DNA from: the human T2T-CHM13v2.0 reference genome, Homo sapiens
DNA: 64,000 nt
Assembly: GCF_009914755.1 (NCBI RefSeq)
Contig: NC_060927.1
Reading direction: 5' to 3' (one strand)
Shown: piece by piece, positions 12,671 through 28,124 of the stretch
How positions within the stretch are numbered: the first letter of the stretch is position 1
How the letters are laid out: each line of letters begins with the position of its first letter
Notes under the pieces: generated by a model
Seen by the model: only the letters and a program-made list of their open reading frames with translations
What the model was told of the DNA's origin: nothing
Database searches by the model: none
Position numbers and translations under genes: made by a program

Positions 12671-13054
12671 TGCCTCATAATAAATGTCCTTGTCTCATAA
12701 CACAAGTCTCCCACCAGTAGTAGAAGACCAGTAAAACCAGGAATTAAGTGATTCAAAGCTTTTCTCTTGAGGTCACCGTTGGGCATTGTTATCCATTGAT
12801 GTTGCTCTGTGGTAACACTTAAGCATGAGCATTTTGGAGTGGGAAACAGAAATAAATATACACTAATGAAGAGCTCTATTTGGATTTTCTACAGGAGGTG
12901 AGCCCATTACAAAAGAAAGGGCATCTTTATGTCCTTACTCAATTATTAGGAATAGAAATTTATTCTCTTACAGATAAAAGTGATGATTTGTTTCATGCTT
13001 GCTGAGAAGCTTCAAATAGTGCAAGTCTGACTTTTAATGATATATATGATTATT

Positions 13055-13310
13055 ATTATTGCAGCTAATGTTTAAGTATTCACTATGTATTAGCCACTAT
13101 GTCTATTGTTTACATAAATTATTTTATTTAATTTTGAGAACAATCCCTTACAGGACATGCTAGTATTACCCTCTAGTCATTGAATGAACAAACTGAGTCT
13201 TAAATAAATCTTGGAAACTCTTCAAAGCCACAAATCTATTAAGTACAGTAAGGCATCTAACTAGGCAGTCTAACTCTAAATCCCTTTCTTTGAACCACTA
13301 TGATGTACTG
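13055..13310 (-). mobile_element. MIR
   Basis: GCAGCTAATGTTTA...GAACAAACTGAGTCT...GGCAGTCTAACTCTAAA. Confidence 0.6.
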
Positions 13311-13608
13311 CTGCCTGTGTGCAGCTGTGTGTACAGATGCAAAGAGAAAGACTGCACAAAAAGATAGAGATAGAGATAAGAATAACAACATTTATTCAAG
13401 AGGTGTGTATTTACCTATCCAGTTAAGGGCTATTTTACAACATTAAAATGTTTGTATTCTGACAATTCTGATTCTGTATAAATCTATAATAGTTTCAGTT
13501 TGCCAGGTAATTAAAGATTACAAGTGCATGCTTTCTATGTTATTTTAGACAAGTGGATATTATTGGAAAGTGCCAAGTGCCAAGTCTTAAACCTACATGT
13601 AAACTACT

Positions 13609-13700
13609 TATCTTTTTTTTCCTCTGCTCTCTTTCTCTCTTACTCTCTCTCTTTCCTCTCTTTTTCTTTTTCTTTTCTTTTTTTTTTTTTTTCTACTTTA
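13609..13700. repeat. Polypyrimidine (CT/T-rich) tract
   Basis: ~90 nt almost purely C/T, followed by CAG at 13701-13703. Confidence 0.9.
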
Positions 13701-14474
13701 CAGCCTCAATCCTGTGGATAATCTTTTTGGGATGTGATATACTGCAAAAAGAGGAGGAAGTTAAGTTTAAGGTTTGCATTTATTGGTTATTTGTAGCCAA
13801 ATGAGAATGTAGCTACAATACAATGCTAGAAAGAGGCTGCAACTTTATGAGTTTAGCACTGATACGTTAAAAAGTGTAGGTACATTTTCATGATTATAAT
13901 TAAAATATATATTAGAAATTAAGAAGGTTCAACTGCAATTAACTGTGGCTCAGAGCATCAGGCAGTAAAGGATTTCTCAATTCTTATTGTGTAAATGTTG
14001 AATAAATGTTGAATTCTTTGGGGAAATAACTTGAATATCCATTGATTTTACTAGCACTATAATTAAATATATTCCCTAAGGAAATATACTTTAGTGTGTT
14101 GGGAAGCTGCCTGTTGTCTGTTCATCTTGGGCCAGGTAAGCTGTTTAGCCTGTCAGCCTATGGTTTGCTAACGCTCTCTACAATTATTACTTACACACGA
14201 GGATCTGTCTTCCCTTCATTTGAAGTCCATCTATATTTTTCCTAAACATCCATTCATCTACTTGAATATTTTATAATATTTATAAAAAGCTGGGGGAAAC
14301 ACAAAGTTTATTTAGGATTTATGTTAGGATTTAGCAAAGGGCTCTCTACTGATAGCAGTGACAATAATTTTATAACCCACTTAAAATTTCCTAGTAGTGT
14401 TAATTACTTTCCCAAAACAAGAGTGTATCTAGATTACCCTTCCTTCTCTTTCCACTGTTGTTTTCCATCTCTGA

Positions 14475-14783
<309 letters not shown>

Positions 14784-14944
14784 TTCAGTTACATTTTATA
14801 TTAAATGTTACTGTGAAGGAAGAGTATACTGGGAAAATTATACGTTCCAGCCTCCACTGATTTTTATAATCTATTGTCTAATACCAATGAATTTACAAAC
14901 TAGATAGAGATAGGGACCAGGGAACTGGAAGTTACAATTAGATA

Positions 14945-16812
14945 CTTTTAAGAGAATAAAAAGACAAGCCAAATACTGGGAGAAAATACTTGCAAATCAC
15001 ATTTCTGACAAAGTTTATATTTCCAGGATTTACAAATAATTCTGAAAACTCAGCAACACACACACACACAGAAAATCCGTTGAAAAATGGGCAAAAGATT
15101 TAAATAGGAACTTCACCAAAGAAAATATATGGATAACAAATAAACAGGAAAAGAAGCTTAGCAGCATTATTCATTAAAGAATGCAAATCAAATCACATTG
15201 AAGTATGACTATTCACATAATCAATGGTTAAAATGAAAACATATTGACACTACCAAGTTCTGGAGAGGATGAGGAGCAACTATTGCTCTCATACCTCACT
15301 ATTGCAAATGCAAAACGTATGGCCTTTATGAATAAGAGGCTATTTCTTAGGAAGTTAAATAGATACTATAGTATCCTGCAGTGCCACTTCTAGCTATTTA
15401 TTTAAGAAAAATGATGATGTATATTAACATAAATACCTGTGCATTAATAGTTATAACCAATTTATTCATAATCACCCAAACTGTAAACAACCCAGATGTC
15501 ATCAATAGGTGAGTGGATAAACTGTGGTACACTCACCAAATTAATTCTACTCTGCAATAAAATGGAAAATGCTATTAATTCATGTAACAACATGGATGAA
15601 TCTTAAGTGTATTTTGAAAGCTTTGACCAGAACCAGAGGATTATATATTGTATGATTCTATTTATATGATATTCTGGAAAATATAAAATTATAAAGATGA
15701 AAGATAGGCCAGTGCTTTGTAAACATTAGGGATGGTTGGGGATAAATTGACTGAAAAGGAGTAATTCACGACAATTTTGGGAGTGATGAAGATGTTTTTA
15801 TTCACAGCAATGCTGGTAAATACACAACTCTATGTATTTATCAAAATCAATAGAACTTTGCACCACAAAGCATATGTTTTACTGTATGTAAATAAAAATG
15901 AAAACAAGATGCGAGAATATCCTAAATCGAATACAAACTTTAACGGATGAGCCTAATTGTGTTACCTGCATAACAGTGAAGGAAATAGGAAAGAAAATTA
16001 CTAGCCTATGTTTAGAAAATAGTAATTTGACTGGATATTATAAAGCTAAAGACAAAAAATGTACATAAACATTATACTCTACTTAGTAAATTTTTTACTC
16101 ACAGGGTATGGGTTACCAATTTTGAAACTACTTTATATGGATAGTAGGTTCCAACACATATATTTTGCATGCCTATCTAATGAGAGAGGCTGGAAGCAAT
16201 ATTATTGTAACAAAGTGCATACCTAGCACTCAGATCTTAGTTTCCAACTGCCAACCTCAATGAAACAAACAAGATCAGACTGGAGAAATTATTGATTTAT
16301 AGAAAGTATTGAATATTCTATATTATATATTATAATATAGAATATATTATATACAATATATAATAATATATATTATAATAATAATTATAATATACAATAT
16401 ATATAAATAATTTATAGAAATTATTGAAGAAGTACACATAAGCCTACAACATTTTGAGTGTCAGAAAGAAAAGGAGAATTAAAAATAGGAGGGGTTATGT
16501 AGAAAAGACAAAGGAACCCATTTGTAAGTTGCCAATGGCCAAAGCTCAATAACTGCTCAAGAATTTGAACCACACATAATAAAACAGTACTGATTATAAC
16601 CCATAGAAGAAAATAAACATCTATGAATTCATAGTAATGTAAAAAATAAAGAATAGTGTTGCACCAGTGTTAATTTCAGAGTTTTGGTGATTGTGTAATG
16701 ATTATGCAAGTTGTTAGCATTATGGGAAGCCGAGTGAACTATATAAAGGAAATCTGTACTACTTTGACAACTATTTTGTAACTCTAAAATTATTTCAATA
16801 TCAATAAATAAC
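14945..16812 (+). mobile_element. Old L1 3' portion (ORF2 end + 3'UTR; L1MC-like)
   Basis: AAGACAAGCCAAATACTGGGAGAAAATACTTGCAAATCAC, AAAATGGGCAAAAGATTT, CAACATGGATGAATCT, end TGTAACTCTAAAATTATTTCAA. Confidence 0.85.
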
Positions 16813-16839
16813 TAAAAGCCCATAGGCAAGAGAGTACAA

Positions 16840-17280
16840 GGTGCATTGAACAACCTGTGGAGTTTGACACAGTTGGATTATGAAGTGTGAACTAGAAAGT
16901 GGGAAAAGATGAATCTGGACAGCTAAGCAGAGACTTATACAAAAATATACTGTTCATTCAGAAATGAAAATGTTATCAAGTGTGTTTACAAAAAAACTAG
17001 GCATGATCTGGTGTGCATTTTGGAAAGCATACACTTATGGACATCTAGGAAATGATTTAGAAAGAGACAAGCACAAAAATACAGAACCAACTAGGAAGAA
17101 GGGTAATGTGAAAGAAAAATAGGATAGTGTGAGGACGGGGAGAACAGAATAGATTTTAGGACAATTTAGGAGGTACGATAAAAAGGGTTAGGTTATTTAT
17201 TAAGAGAGAGGAAAGAGGAGGGCATGGAATCTGAGATTATACCCATCATTTCTAGTTTAGAAACATGAGGCATTTTGACA
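16840..17280 (-). mobile_element. L2 relic
   Basis: Purine-rich L2-like text (TGCATTTTGGAAAG, ATAGATTTTAGGACAATTTAGGAGGTA). Confidence 0.5.
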
Positions 17281-17599
17281 TGAGCTGAAAATAATTCTTT
17301 AATGATCAACTCTATAAAAATTGCCAAGTAATCTAAACCAACTATCCCCTGTCTATCTCAAGAAGAGATATTTATTCCCTATTGGATATTCCTCTTTCTC
17401 AGTGCTAAGCACTATTTCTAAGGTAAGAACCTGAGGTATGATTGACAGTGGCATGAGAGATTAGAATGAGTACCATCTGCAAGAAAAAAATTACACTTAG
17501 GGAAGAATCCAGTTTATTGTTTCATAATCTTGGCCCTGTAGCTAAACTAAGCTCCAATTTTGCTTTCTCCACCTACTTCATTTTTAATCACTTTCATTA

Positions 17600-17765
17600 G
17601 TTTCTCTTCCCCATATTTATTTCCTTTTTCATATCTATAAAATGGGAATAATCAGTGCATTTAGCAACTAAGTTATTTGAGAGTTAAATATATATAATGG
17701 GCTTACATCAGTGCTTGCTACATAGTAAATTTGCAGTAAATGTGATTCATTAATTTATTAGTAAG
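17600..17765 (+). mobile_element. MIR fragment
   Basis: ATCTATAAAATGGGAATAAT...CAGTGCTTGCTACATAGTAA. Confidence 0.55.
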
Positions 17766-19989
17766 TTGTTTTATTGTTAGCTTTGTTCTGCATACCACTT
17801 TTCCTTTTATGAGAAGAGACCAATAGCTTGCTAAATATTTGTTTATTTGCTGGTACTTTACATATGTCCTGAATTAGATTCACTGAGGAACAATATAAGG
17901 GGCAATATTTGAGTACCCATGTGATTATTTCATCTTAATTCCAGACTGCACAGCAAATGATGAAGTAGATTAATAACAGTTATGTTAGGGATATCAGAGC
18001 TATGCATGGTACATTTTCCTAACGGGCTTTTTAAATGACATATATAATAGTACATCCTAGTGAAAATTCAAATAACATAGAAAGCAGAAATGAAAGTGTC
18101 TAAAAATCTAGTTATGGTTTTAAGGATGGAATGCAGGATGAATAATATTTGTTACACACATTATTTAGGAATAAAAACATAGACATTGAAAAAATTCCCT
18201 GTATCAACATATATCAGATATATCAGAGGTTGTTTCCTTGAGTAAAGTAAGGTTACAGATGTAGAAGCAGATTTGGGGAAAAAATATTATTTGAGTTTTG
18301 AATATTCATTTTGGGATGCCTGGGTAATAATGAAATGCATACATACGGGCAGGAGTCAAGTAGGTAAGTCTAAAGTGCAAGATAATCAATTAGGTCAGAG
18401 GTATAGATCTATAATGTATGATATATAGAATAAACACCATAGATAACACTGAGTTGAAGGCGAAGCTGAAAGGAATGGTATTACTCCACAGGAGTGTGTA
18501 CAATAAATGAGGAAAGGGCCTACAATAAAAACCTGAATGCATTGCTAATAGAACTTGAAAATAATGATATGAAACTGATGCAGTATCAGGGTGATATTAT
18601 AAAAAATTCCAATTTTCTAGAAAGTTTCAATTATTTCATAATTATTCAAACAGGAATAATAAGCTCATGAAATCCAATGATCAATTTATATTATTTATTG
18701 ATAACATTTTTGTTTCAAAAATTGGAAAATCACGTATGTGGCTATTCAACATTAATTTAAATTAAATGGCTCAAAATCTGATGAACATAGGAAATACTTG
18801 TATTTTCCCAATACAGATTATTTTATTATGCCATTTTGCATTAATGATATTATCAGCACACATTTTATGAGTGCCTAATGAATATATATGTATTGTGTAA
18901 ATATTACTTACTATATAGATACATAAATAGACATTGTTTTACTCAAACCAAAAAAAAAACTCCTCTTTTCTCACAGTTTTTTAAATCAATTTTAATTTCT
19001 CTAGCTCAATAATAATATTTTGACCAAATGATGTTTGGTAGGGTTCTGCTTTTGGGAAGGCTTCATTATTTGATTTATATTTTAGATTTATAGAGAAAAC
19101 ATTTCCTCGTATCTCTTGCTTGTCCAGGCTTCATCTTCTTGCTTGGCATTATCTGGACAGACCGAGGCTGAAAAGATTTCTTATTAAATGCAACCAATCA
19201 GGAGAGTGAGATTCAAGGAGACTGGAGATCTGAAAACTAAATGTTTGGGATAAGGCTATTACAACATGATCTCCACGAGATAAGTCTGAATTGTGTCCTG
19301 TGACATTCAGCAGTAGGTAAGACATTTCTGATTATTCCTGATACCAGAAGTTATAAGATTTCCTACTGCCTAAGGTTAAATGAACACTTTTTCAGGATTA
19401 ACAACACTTTTTCTCCAGTATATATAATATTCTAAGATTTTTACTAAAGCTCCGACAGGCAGTTCTAGACAAATATATATAGGTTCCAACAAAAATGGCA
19501 TTTTCTAAAACATTTTTAAAAACCTTATTGTATTGTACTAACAATATTACCCAAGGTTATCTGTTTTTGAAATTGTTGAACAAAAATATTTGAAAATACT
19601 GATGGAAATGAGGGTAAGATTCATTGCTCAGTCATTTATAGACTATTCCCTGAGCAGAACTGCTTGTTGAAAATCTAGTCAAAGAATAGTTGCATGATCT
19701 AAGTGGCCAAATGTAATTAGGTCACAAGTTATAACATCAGTATATTTTAGAAGCTATGGTGACTGCCCCCCATAATTTTCATGGTGTTCTATGCATTTTA
19801 TTAGTTAGAGGGCTTTTTTATGTTCTTTATGTATCTGCATCCTATAAATAAAAAGTGTCAGAACTGTATTATTAAATCTCCACAGGGCCGTGTGAGATCA
19901 AGTTTTAGGCAGCCCTGATGTTATCAAGTTTGCCAGCAACAGGAGCTGCCACAGATTGTGCCTTCTGGGCCAAGTTCTATAAGAGTTTC

Positions 19990-20470
19990 ACACGATATTT
20001 CTAAAAGGAAATCTGATCATATCACTTCCTATTTAAAATCTGACAATTTTCCCTATAGCCTTCGGAATAAAGTCTAAACTCTTAACACTACCTACCTACA
20101 AGATATTTCACAATGTGGCTCCTGCTTACCCCTTCTTTCATCTTCTTCCCCTTCCAATTCCATCCTCCAAGACATGCGTAAATACTGTCAGGTCACTGAG
20201 CATAACATGTTATCCTCTTTTTGAAGTTTGGGACTTTGCATTTGCTATTTCCACCTCTACCCTTGCCTAGAGATATTATATTTCTATGTTACTGCACTTG
20301 TCACCCAATATTAAAAGCCCCTCTTTACAAGTCTGTACCCCAGCTGAGAAGACCAGGAACAGCATCTTTTCTTCCCAGTTGTGCTGGCAGCATGTCTAGC
20401 ACACTGCCAAACATCTAGAAAGTTCTTGACAAAGACATTAAATTTTTAATCAATATGTAAATAAATTAAT
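19990..20470 (+). mobile_element. L2 3' fragment
   Basis: AAATCTGATCATATCACTTCCT...ATAAAGTCTAAACTCTTA...TCTAGCACACTGCC. Confidence 0.55.
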
Positions 20471-20867
20471 GAAGTTATTGCCTCCTTTCCATAGGCCCGG
20501 ACCCTCTCAGTATTCCCAGAATGCCAAATTGATTGTATTACTATCTGTACAACCCCATGCTTGTGCCAACTGATTCTTAAATCAGGTCCATTATTTATTT
20601 CATTCCTAGGATAAGTCATCATACCTGGATTACATCATACAGTAGAGGTGGACCAAAAATTCTTCCCCAATTCATCACAGCAACTCAGCTTTCTTTATGT
20701 CACTATAAGAAGCTCTATATCTTGAAAGCTAATGCTGAGACCAGCTCCGCTTTTGACCTCTGGTAATCTGAGAACATATTATAGTAAATAATTTACTCTT
20801 TGCTCATCAGTTAAGTTGCTTGTTTCAATAAGGGGAAAAATTTATTTTCCTTCCTTAGAAAGTTATC

Positions 20868-21300
20868 AGTTTAGATGAGTTCTGTGGGAAACAAACTCCG
20901 AGATGGAGAATTGCGTGCAAGAAATTTATTGGGGAGTGCTCTAGATGGACAACACCTGGAGAGAAAGAGTAGCACTAGTGGGCAGAGGAGGAGGTTTACA
21001 TATGATGTGGTTTCAGCAGACATCTCAGCTGGTCTCTACAGAGAGCTCTGGAGCAGAGATGATCCTTCATAATGACCCAGGTTGAGGTTAAGGGTCTGGA
21101 TGTCTATCCCCTCACCAACCAGTCACGATTTTGGGCTTCCCCTGGGTAGGATGGCAACTTTGGTAAATGCAGTACTCTTCTGCTAAGGTTAATTCCTGGA
21201 CTAGAAATTAACAGTGAGAGATCAGCAGCTAACACTCCCAAGAATAATCCAGGAGATTTTTTCCAGATGGGGGAAACACTACATGAAGTAAATATATCTG
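20868..21300 (-). mobile_element. ERVL LTR (LTR16/LTR33-like)
   Basis: CTCCGAGATGGAGAATTGCGTGCAAGAAATTTATTGGGGAGTGCTCT. Confidence 0.6.
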
Positions 21301-21524
21301 AGAGGCACATGAGGTGGACTCTCTTAGGTACTGGGGTGTGCTGCCCATTCTCCTTTTTCAAGACTGAGGCACTCATTTTTCCACGTGCTCTAAACACAGC
21401 AATTCTGGCATAAACATTTTACTTAGTGTGGGTCGTTATTTTATTCATGCTTCTAGTACCATGTATCACCATCTCTTGGGATCCTTGTCGAGATATTAAA
21501 TACTATATCACGGAGAAATGCTCC

Positions 21525-21895
21525 ATTCATTTTCTGTTGCTTCTATAACAAATCCACCCAGAATAAGCAACTTCATAAATATTATCTTATAGTTATAGAG
21601 GGTGCAAATCTGAAATGGGTTTCACTGGGCTAAAATCAAAGTGTCAGTAGGACTGAATTACTTCTGGAGGGTAGGACTCAGTTTTTGTTGTTGTTGCTTT
21701 TTCCAGCTTCTAGAGGTTATCCACATTCCTTTGCTTCTATCCTCGATTTCCCTCTTTAAAGTGAGCAATGGAAAGCTAAAATTTTCTCAACATGGCGTTA
21801 CTCTGACTGATCCCACAGTCACATCTCCTTCCCTGACCCAGTCCTTTCTACCCACTCCCCTTCCAACATTAGCACTTATGATTATTTGCACTGGC
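21525..21895 (-). mobile_element. MLT1B-D-like MaLR LTR fragment
   Basis: TCTGAAATGGGTTTCACTGGGCTAAAATCAAAGTGTCAG...TTCCAGCTTCTAGAGG. Confidence 0.75.
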
Positions 21896-22215
21896 TTCTG
21901 TGTTTCTTAGATCCGGAAGTTTTATATCTCCGAGTCATTGCTAGATATACCCTTCTTACCAATTTTTAATGTGAATTTTTCTCTCATACTTTCAGGCACA
22001 GTTTCCTTCCTTTATTAACTCCTTCCTTTATGTGACTATTACTAAATGTGGCGAAGTGAGGCTTTTAGCTTTAAACAAAGGAAAACAAGTTGCCTGTGAC
22101 CGTTTTGTTTTTGAATCTGTGAATTTTGGTGGATAAATCATTTAGTTGACTTTTCTGGAACTGTGGACTTACATGGAAATTTAATCAAGAGACTTTATTA
22201 GGAGTATGCTTTTAA

Positions 22216-22848
<633 letters not shown>

Positions 22849-23164
22849 TTATATTATTTTTTCTCACAAAACAAAAAGTTCTACTGACTTCAGTCAGTTA
22901 CTCAATGTCCCAGATTACCCTGTGTTCCCTTCACCATTTTGAGGATGTTTTATGATCATGCTTGATTACAGTGACTGCTGCTGCTCCTGGTGTCTCTATA
23001 TTTAAAGCAAGAAGTGCTTGATCGGGGCAGAGAACAGAGGGGAGTAAGTGGAACAGACGCTTTCCCACTACTTTCCTCCCTTTTTATGTATCCTGCTTTT
23101 ACTTATGCCTCATTGGCCAGAACTAAGATTACCAGACCATTCCTGATTAAAAAGGAGGCTGGGC

Positions 23165-23670
23165 AAACAGGCAACAAATTCTCAGAAGAGGATTTGAACA
23201 CAAGTAATTTATTTCTGAGCTGATTTCTGGAAATGGTGGTAGGGGACTGAGAAGGAGACAAAGAAGGGGAAGATATCAATAAAGGGGAATTAGCAAAAAA
23301 TTTATCACTGTGAGCAACTAAAACTCAATCCCACTAGGGATCTGTGGGAGACAGAGGAGAAAGAACATCTATCAAAGTGATCCTAACAAAATGGCAAAGA
23401 AACTGGCGTCTTTATTCGCCACTGATTAACAACTGAATCTGGGGAGTATTTCCCTGTGAAACCTTCAGCTTGTTCTGCACTGTGGAAACTGACATGCTGC
23501 CAGGGGTAGGGAAAATCCCACAGGCAGACAGTTTCAGGCAGTTGTAATGAGCAAGCTGTAAAGGTAGTGTTGTATGGGACTGTTCCCCAATCAAAACTGT
23601 ACCTTTCCTAAGCTTAGAAAGAAGGGAGTAGAGGTGGATATTGAATAGGAAGCTGACAAATTCAGCCACA
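23165..23670 (-). mobile_element. ERVL LTR (LTR16-like)
   Basis: GAGGATTTGAACACAAGTAATTTATTT...TCACTGTGAGCAACT...CTCAATCCCACTAGGGA. Confidence 0.5.
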
Positions 23671-24344
23671 CTATGAAAATACTATTAATGAATTGTGGCT
23701 GCAATCAATTGAGGGATAATGAAAGGTTCTCAGTCTGTCTTCAGAATGTACATGGGTGAAACCAGAGGCTGTGGGAGGGCTCCCACTACATTTGAGTTAC
23801 ATGAACTCCAGATGTATTGGTTTGAAAAACATTAAAACTTTGCCTCCATTTTAATACGTGGATTATTTGGTACCATTTTTTGGAGGAATTCAGTCATGTC
23901 ATAAGTATTTATCTATTTCAAATGGTTTAGCTATAACAATTATACCCAGAGAAAAATGTTGTATTAAATGACATGTCAAGAACGCTTATAGTTCAATGAT
24001 TGTTTGACCAACCAAATTTCTTTTCAAGTACTGACAGCAATTTAGCAAATGCATTTCCAGAAATGATACTAAATGATCATCAGGAAAAAGCAAACAAGTA
24101 ACTATTTTATACAAACTCTAAACTTCCAGTCATTTGCTTGTTTTCAATATTCCTTTTCTTACCACACCAGGAAAGTCTTTTGTTATGCCACTTCTAATTA
24201 TAGACATATACAACATGTTTGGATAAATTTGTCTCTCTTAAATATTTGAAAGTAAATTAGCAGGTTCATAGAAATTAACATGTGATGTTAAATTTGCCTT
24301 TCTAAATGAAACTAGCTCACTGAAATGGGAGTAATTTTGTGGAG

Positions 24345-24347
<3 letters not shown>

Positions 24348-24393
<46 letters not shown>
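24348..24393. repeat. (AT)23 perfect microsatellite abutting an Alu tail
   Basis: Direct reading. Confidence 0.95.
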
Positions 24394-24703
<310 letters not shown>

Positions 24704-25079
24704 TGATGTGTATATATTTTATTGTGCTTCAGTACACTTCACTGAGACAATTAATTGATGTAGTTAATGAGTTATAGTAAATAAATTGCATATATATATA
24801 TAGAGAGAGAGAGAGAAAGAGAATTTTCACTTTGCCTGTGGAATTATAGATCACACATATTGTTTCCTGTAGTATATATTTTTAGAAGAGCTAAAAAACA
24901 AGAAGTTATACCAAACATTCTGATTTTTGCCACAGTCTAGGACTACCAAAAAATGTATTTCTAACTTTATTAAAAATAGACACTTCAGCATTGAGCAAAG
25001 GGAAAATGTAAAGATAAATCCATTGAATCTGTAATTGTAAGTATTAGACTATTCCTTTTAAATTTCATGCATTAAGTAC

Positions 25080-25625
25080 TTTCAAAGCAACAATTACTCC
25101 AGAGAAAGTTAAATAGACAAGAAAGACTTTATTCAAGGATACTTCAATAGAATAGAGAGGACAGACTTAGTCTAAGCTAGACTTCATTGAATCAAGGGCA
25201 GGAGAGTTTTTAAGATCCTGGTTGTGAGTAGCAGGGATTGGAGGTCATCTGTGTTTGCTAATTGGCCTTGGCGAAAGGAAAAGTAACTTTTTCCTATATT
25301 TTTGATAAGAAGTAGTTTTACAACCAGGAGCAAAGCACCCAACAAACTTAGGCTCCTACCTTCTCACAGAGAGTGATGTGGGCACTATCTTTTCTTATGA
25401 TACATTTTAAAGAGATGGCTCCCAGGTCTTTGAGAAAGACAATCCTGGGTTGTGAAACTGGCCAGAAGCTCTTAACAGGATTTACATCTCTAAGAGGCAG
25501 AGAAAGAATTTGCAATTACAAGTTTTCTAAATGCTCTAAAGAAAGGGAGGTCTGGGGCCTAGAGGCAGGAAAAAGGCTATCTTAAGTTTGGTCAAGGTGA
25601 GGGAAATTCTAAAGCGTCTTGGTCA
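25080..25625 (-). mobile_element. ERV1 solo LTR (MER67-like)
   Basis: GATGGCTCCCAGGTCTTTGAGAAAGAC, GATTTACATCTC, ends TCTTGGTCA (TGACCAAGA start on - strand). Confidence 0.7.
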
Positions 25626-26317
25626 GTCTTTAATAGGATTTGAGAGCGTTGATATTCTCTTTTGTGAATTATTCATCTGGTGTACTTAAAAAATGGATAA
25701 GAAATGAAAATTTATTCTCAAAAATTAGATCATTCCTAAGTCAAAGTGATATCTGCCTTAATTATGAAACTCAGAATTTTTTGAAAAAGAGGACAAATAT
25801 ATAAATTCAGAAGATTCTGCATCTCAAAAACTTTTACACAAAAAAAGAGAATTTTTATATTCCTAATAGAAGCATCAGTATCCAGAGTGGAGATAAACAA
25901 CAAATTATCTGGCCACTTAAAAGATGAGCCACCTAGGTGTAAGTGAAATGTGTAGGATGGAATAAGAAAAAATGGTGAAACTGATGATGTTTGCCTATTC
26001 CCAGACATCTCCTTGCTCTAGGTGCTTGCTTTTCCCTTAGCCTTTGAGATCCCACTCTCCTGGTTTTCATCTGAGCAATCTGGCTACTCCTTCTCAGACC
26101 TCTTCTTCCTTTCCTCTACCTTTAAACAATGTATTCTGTCCTTAATACACTTCTAACATAATTCTAAATGCAATTTCCTGGAGCTCAAATCTACTTTTAT
26201 AATTTTAATGATCTCCTGTATACTAGTGACTACAATGTTTACATAAATAACACCAAAAGTTTTTGGCTGTCTGGTTTCACATTTCATCTACTGGCCAGAT
26301 ATCTCCACAAGTGTATC

Positions 26318-27044
26318 TGGAATCACCAAACTGGGTTCTTACCCACTGCTCAGAAAAGCCAGACATTGAAAACAGCAGGAGTTGTAGCAGAGAAAGACTT
26401 TAATAGTTGTAGGGCCAGCCAAGCAACAGTATGGGAGATGTCTCTCAGATCTACCTCCCCAAGAATTCAGAGGCTAAAGGTTTTCAAGGATAGTTTGGTG
26501 GGCATGGGGCTAGGAAATGGGGAATGCTGATTGGTTGGGTTGGGTTGGGGATGAAATCACAGGAAGTCAAGCCTGTCTTCTTTAGCTGAGTTCCTGGGTG
26601 AGGGTCATGGGACCAGTGGAGTCAGTTTCTTGGTATGGGTGACTAGCCCAGGTGGCACCAGCTGCTCCATCATAATGCAAGTTCTGAAAAATTCCTCAAG
26701 CACCAGTCTTAGGTTTTGTGATGGTGACGTTATCTTTAGGAGCAATTGGCTAGGTTATGAATCTTGTGACCTCCGATGACGTGACTCTTGAACCATAATT
26801 CTAGTTTTGTGGCTAATTTGTTAGTTTTGCAAAGGCAGTTTTGGTACCTGAGCAAAGAAGGGGTTAGTTTTGGGAAGAAACACTGATTATCTTTGTTTGA
26901 AAGTTAACTATAAACTAAATTCCTCCCAAAGTTGGTTTGTCCTATGCCCAGGAATGAGCAAAGACAGCTTGTGAGGCTGGAAGCAAGACAGAGTTTGCTA
27001 GGTCAGATTTCTCTCACTGTCATAACTTTTGCAAAGATGTTTCA
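26318..27044 (-). mobile_element. LTR8-family ERV1 solo LTR, inserted in an L2 relic
   Basis: - strand begins TGAAACATCTTTGCAAAAGTTATGACAGTGAGAGAAATCTGACC; 4-bp TSD TATC (26314-26317, 27045-27048). Confidence 0.85.
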
Positions 27045-27458
27045 TATCAACAAAGTGACCCAATGTCAACATATACAAATATACCCTCAATGTCTATTTT
27101 TCAAGTTTTCACTTTTTCAAATGTTCATTTGTTTTTATCCGTATAGTTACGTTTGCCAGAAGTTTTGAAGTCATTTTCACATCACTTAAATTGATAGTAC
27201 ATTACAAAAAAACCTTCCTCTTTAAAAACACCATATTGCTCATGTATTATTTCTACTGAGGGCTATTACACTAGCCCCCTTGCAAGTTCTCAACGACTCC
27301 TCTTTCTACCAATGTCTTCTGCACTATAGGCAAAGTTATCATTTAAACACAATTAATCCTTTCACTTTCTTGCATAAAACCTTTCGTGGCTTTATGTTGT
27401 CTACAGGAATTCAGATTATTTAGCACATTTTGAAAAGTCTTTTATAATCCATCCCCAA

Positions 27459-27756
27459 GGTTTTGCACACCTATAATCCCAGCACTTTAGGGGGCTGAGG
27501 CAGGAGGACTATTTGAGCCTAGGAATTCAAGACCAGCCTTGGCAAAAAAGCAAGATTCCATCTCTCCGAAGAATGTTTAAAAACTAGCTAGGCATGATGG
27601 CTCATGCCTATGGTCCAAGCTTCTCGGGAGACTGAAATGAGAGGATCAGTTGAGCCTAGGAGGTTGAGCCTACAGTGAGCCATGATTGTGCCACTGCATT
27701 CCAGCCTGGGTGACACAGTGAGACTCTGTCTAAAAAAAAAAAAAAAAAAAAAAAAA
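27459..27756 (+). mobile_element. AluJ
   Basis: GGAGGACTATTTGAGCCTAGGAATTCAAGACC, J-type right arm, poly(A). Confidence 0.9.
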
Positions 27757-28124
27757 TTGTACTTATATCTTCCTCTACTCCACATACCTCATTTAATAAA
27801 TGCTTAAGTTTAACCACACAAAAGAGTCATCATCTATGACTCTACTACCAAACACACTAAACAACACACACCTTCTATGGAACTCTTAAGTCACGCCTTA
27901 AATGTCTTAAATGTCTTCTATTCCATAAGATCTTCCTTTACTCATCATGAAGAAAGGGCTGTACTGTTGCTTCTGTGGTCCTAGCTTGACAATGGCATTT
28001 ATCACATTTAATGTAATAAGCTGTTGTTCTGTGACTGACTTTTGTTTGTGGACAGACCATATCATACTTATTTTGCACCTGAATCTCTAATTTCCTGAAA
28101 GCCTCAAAGTGTGTACCACAGTAC

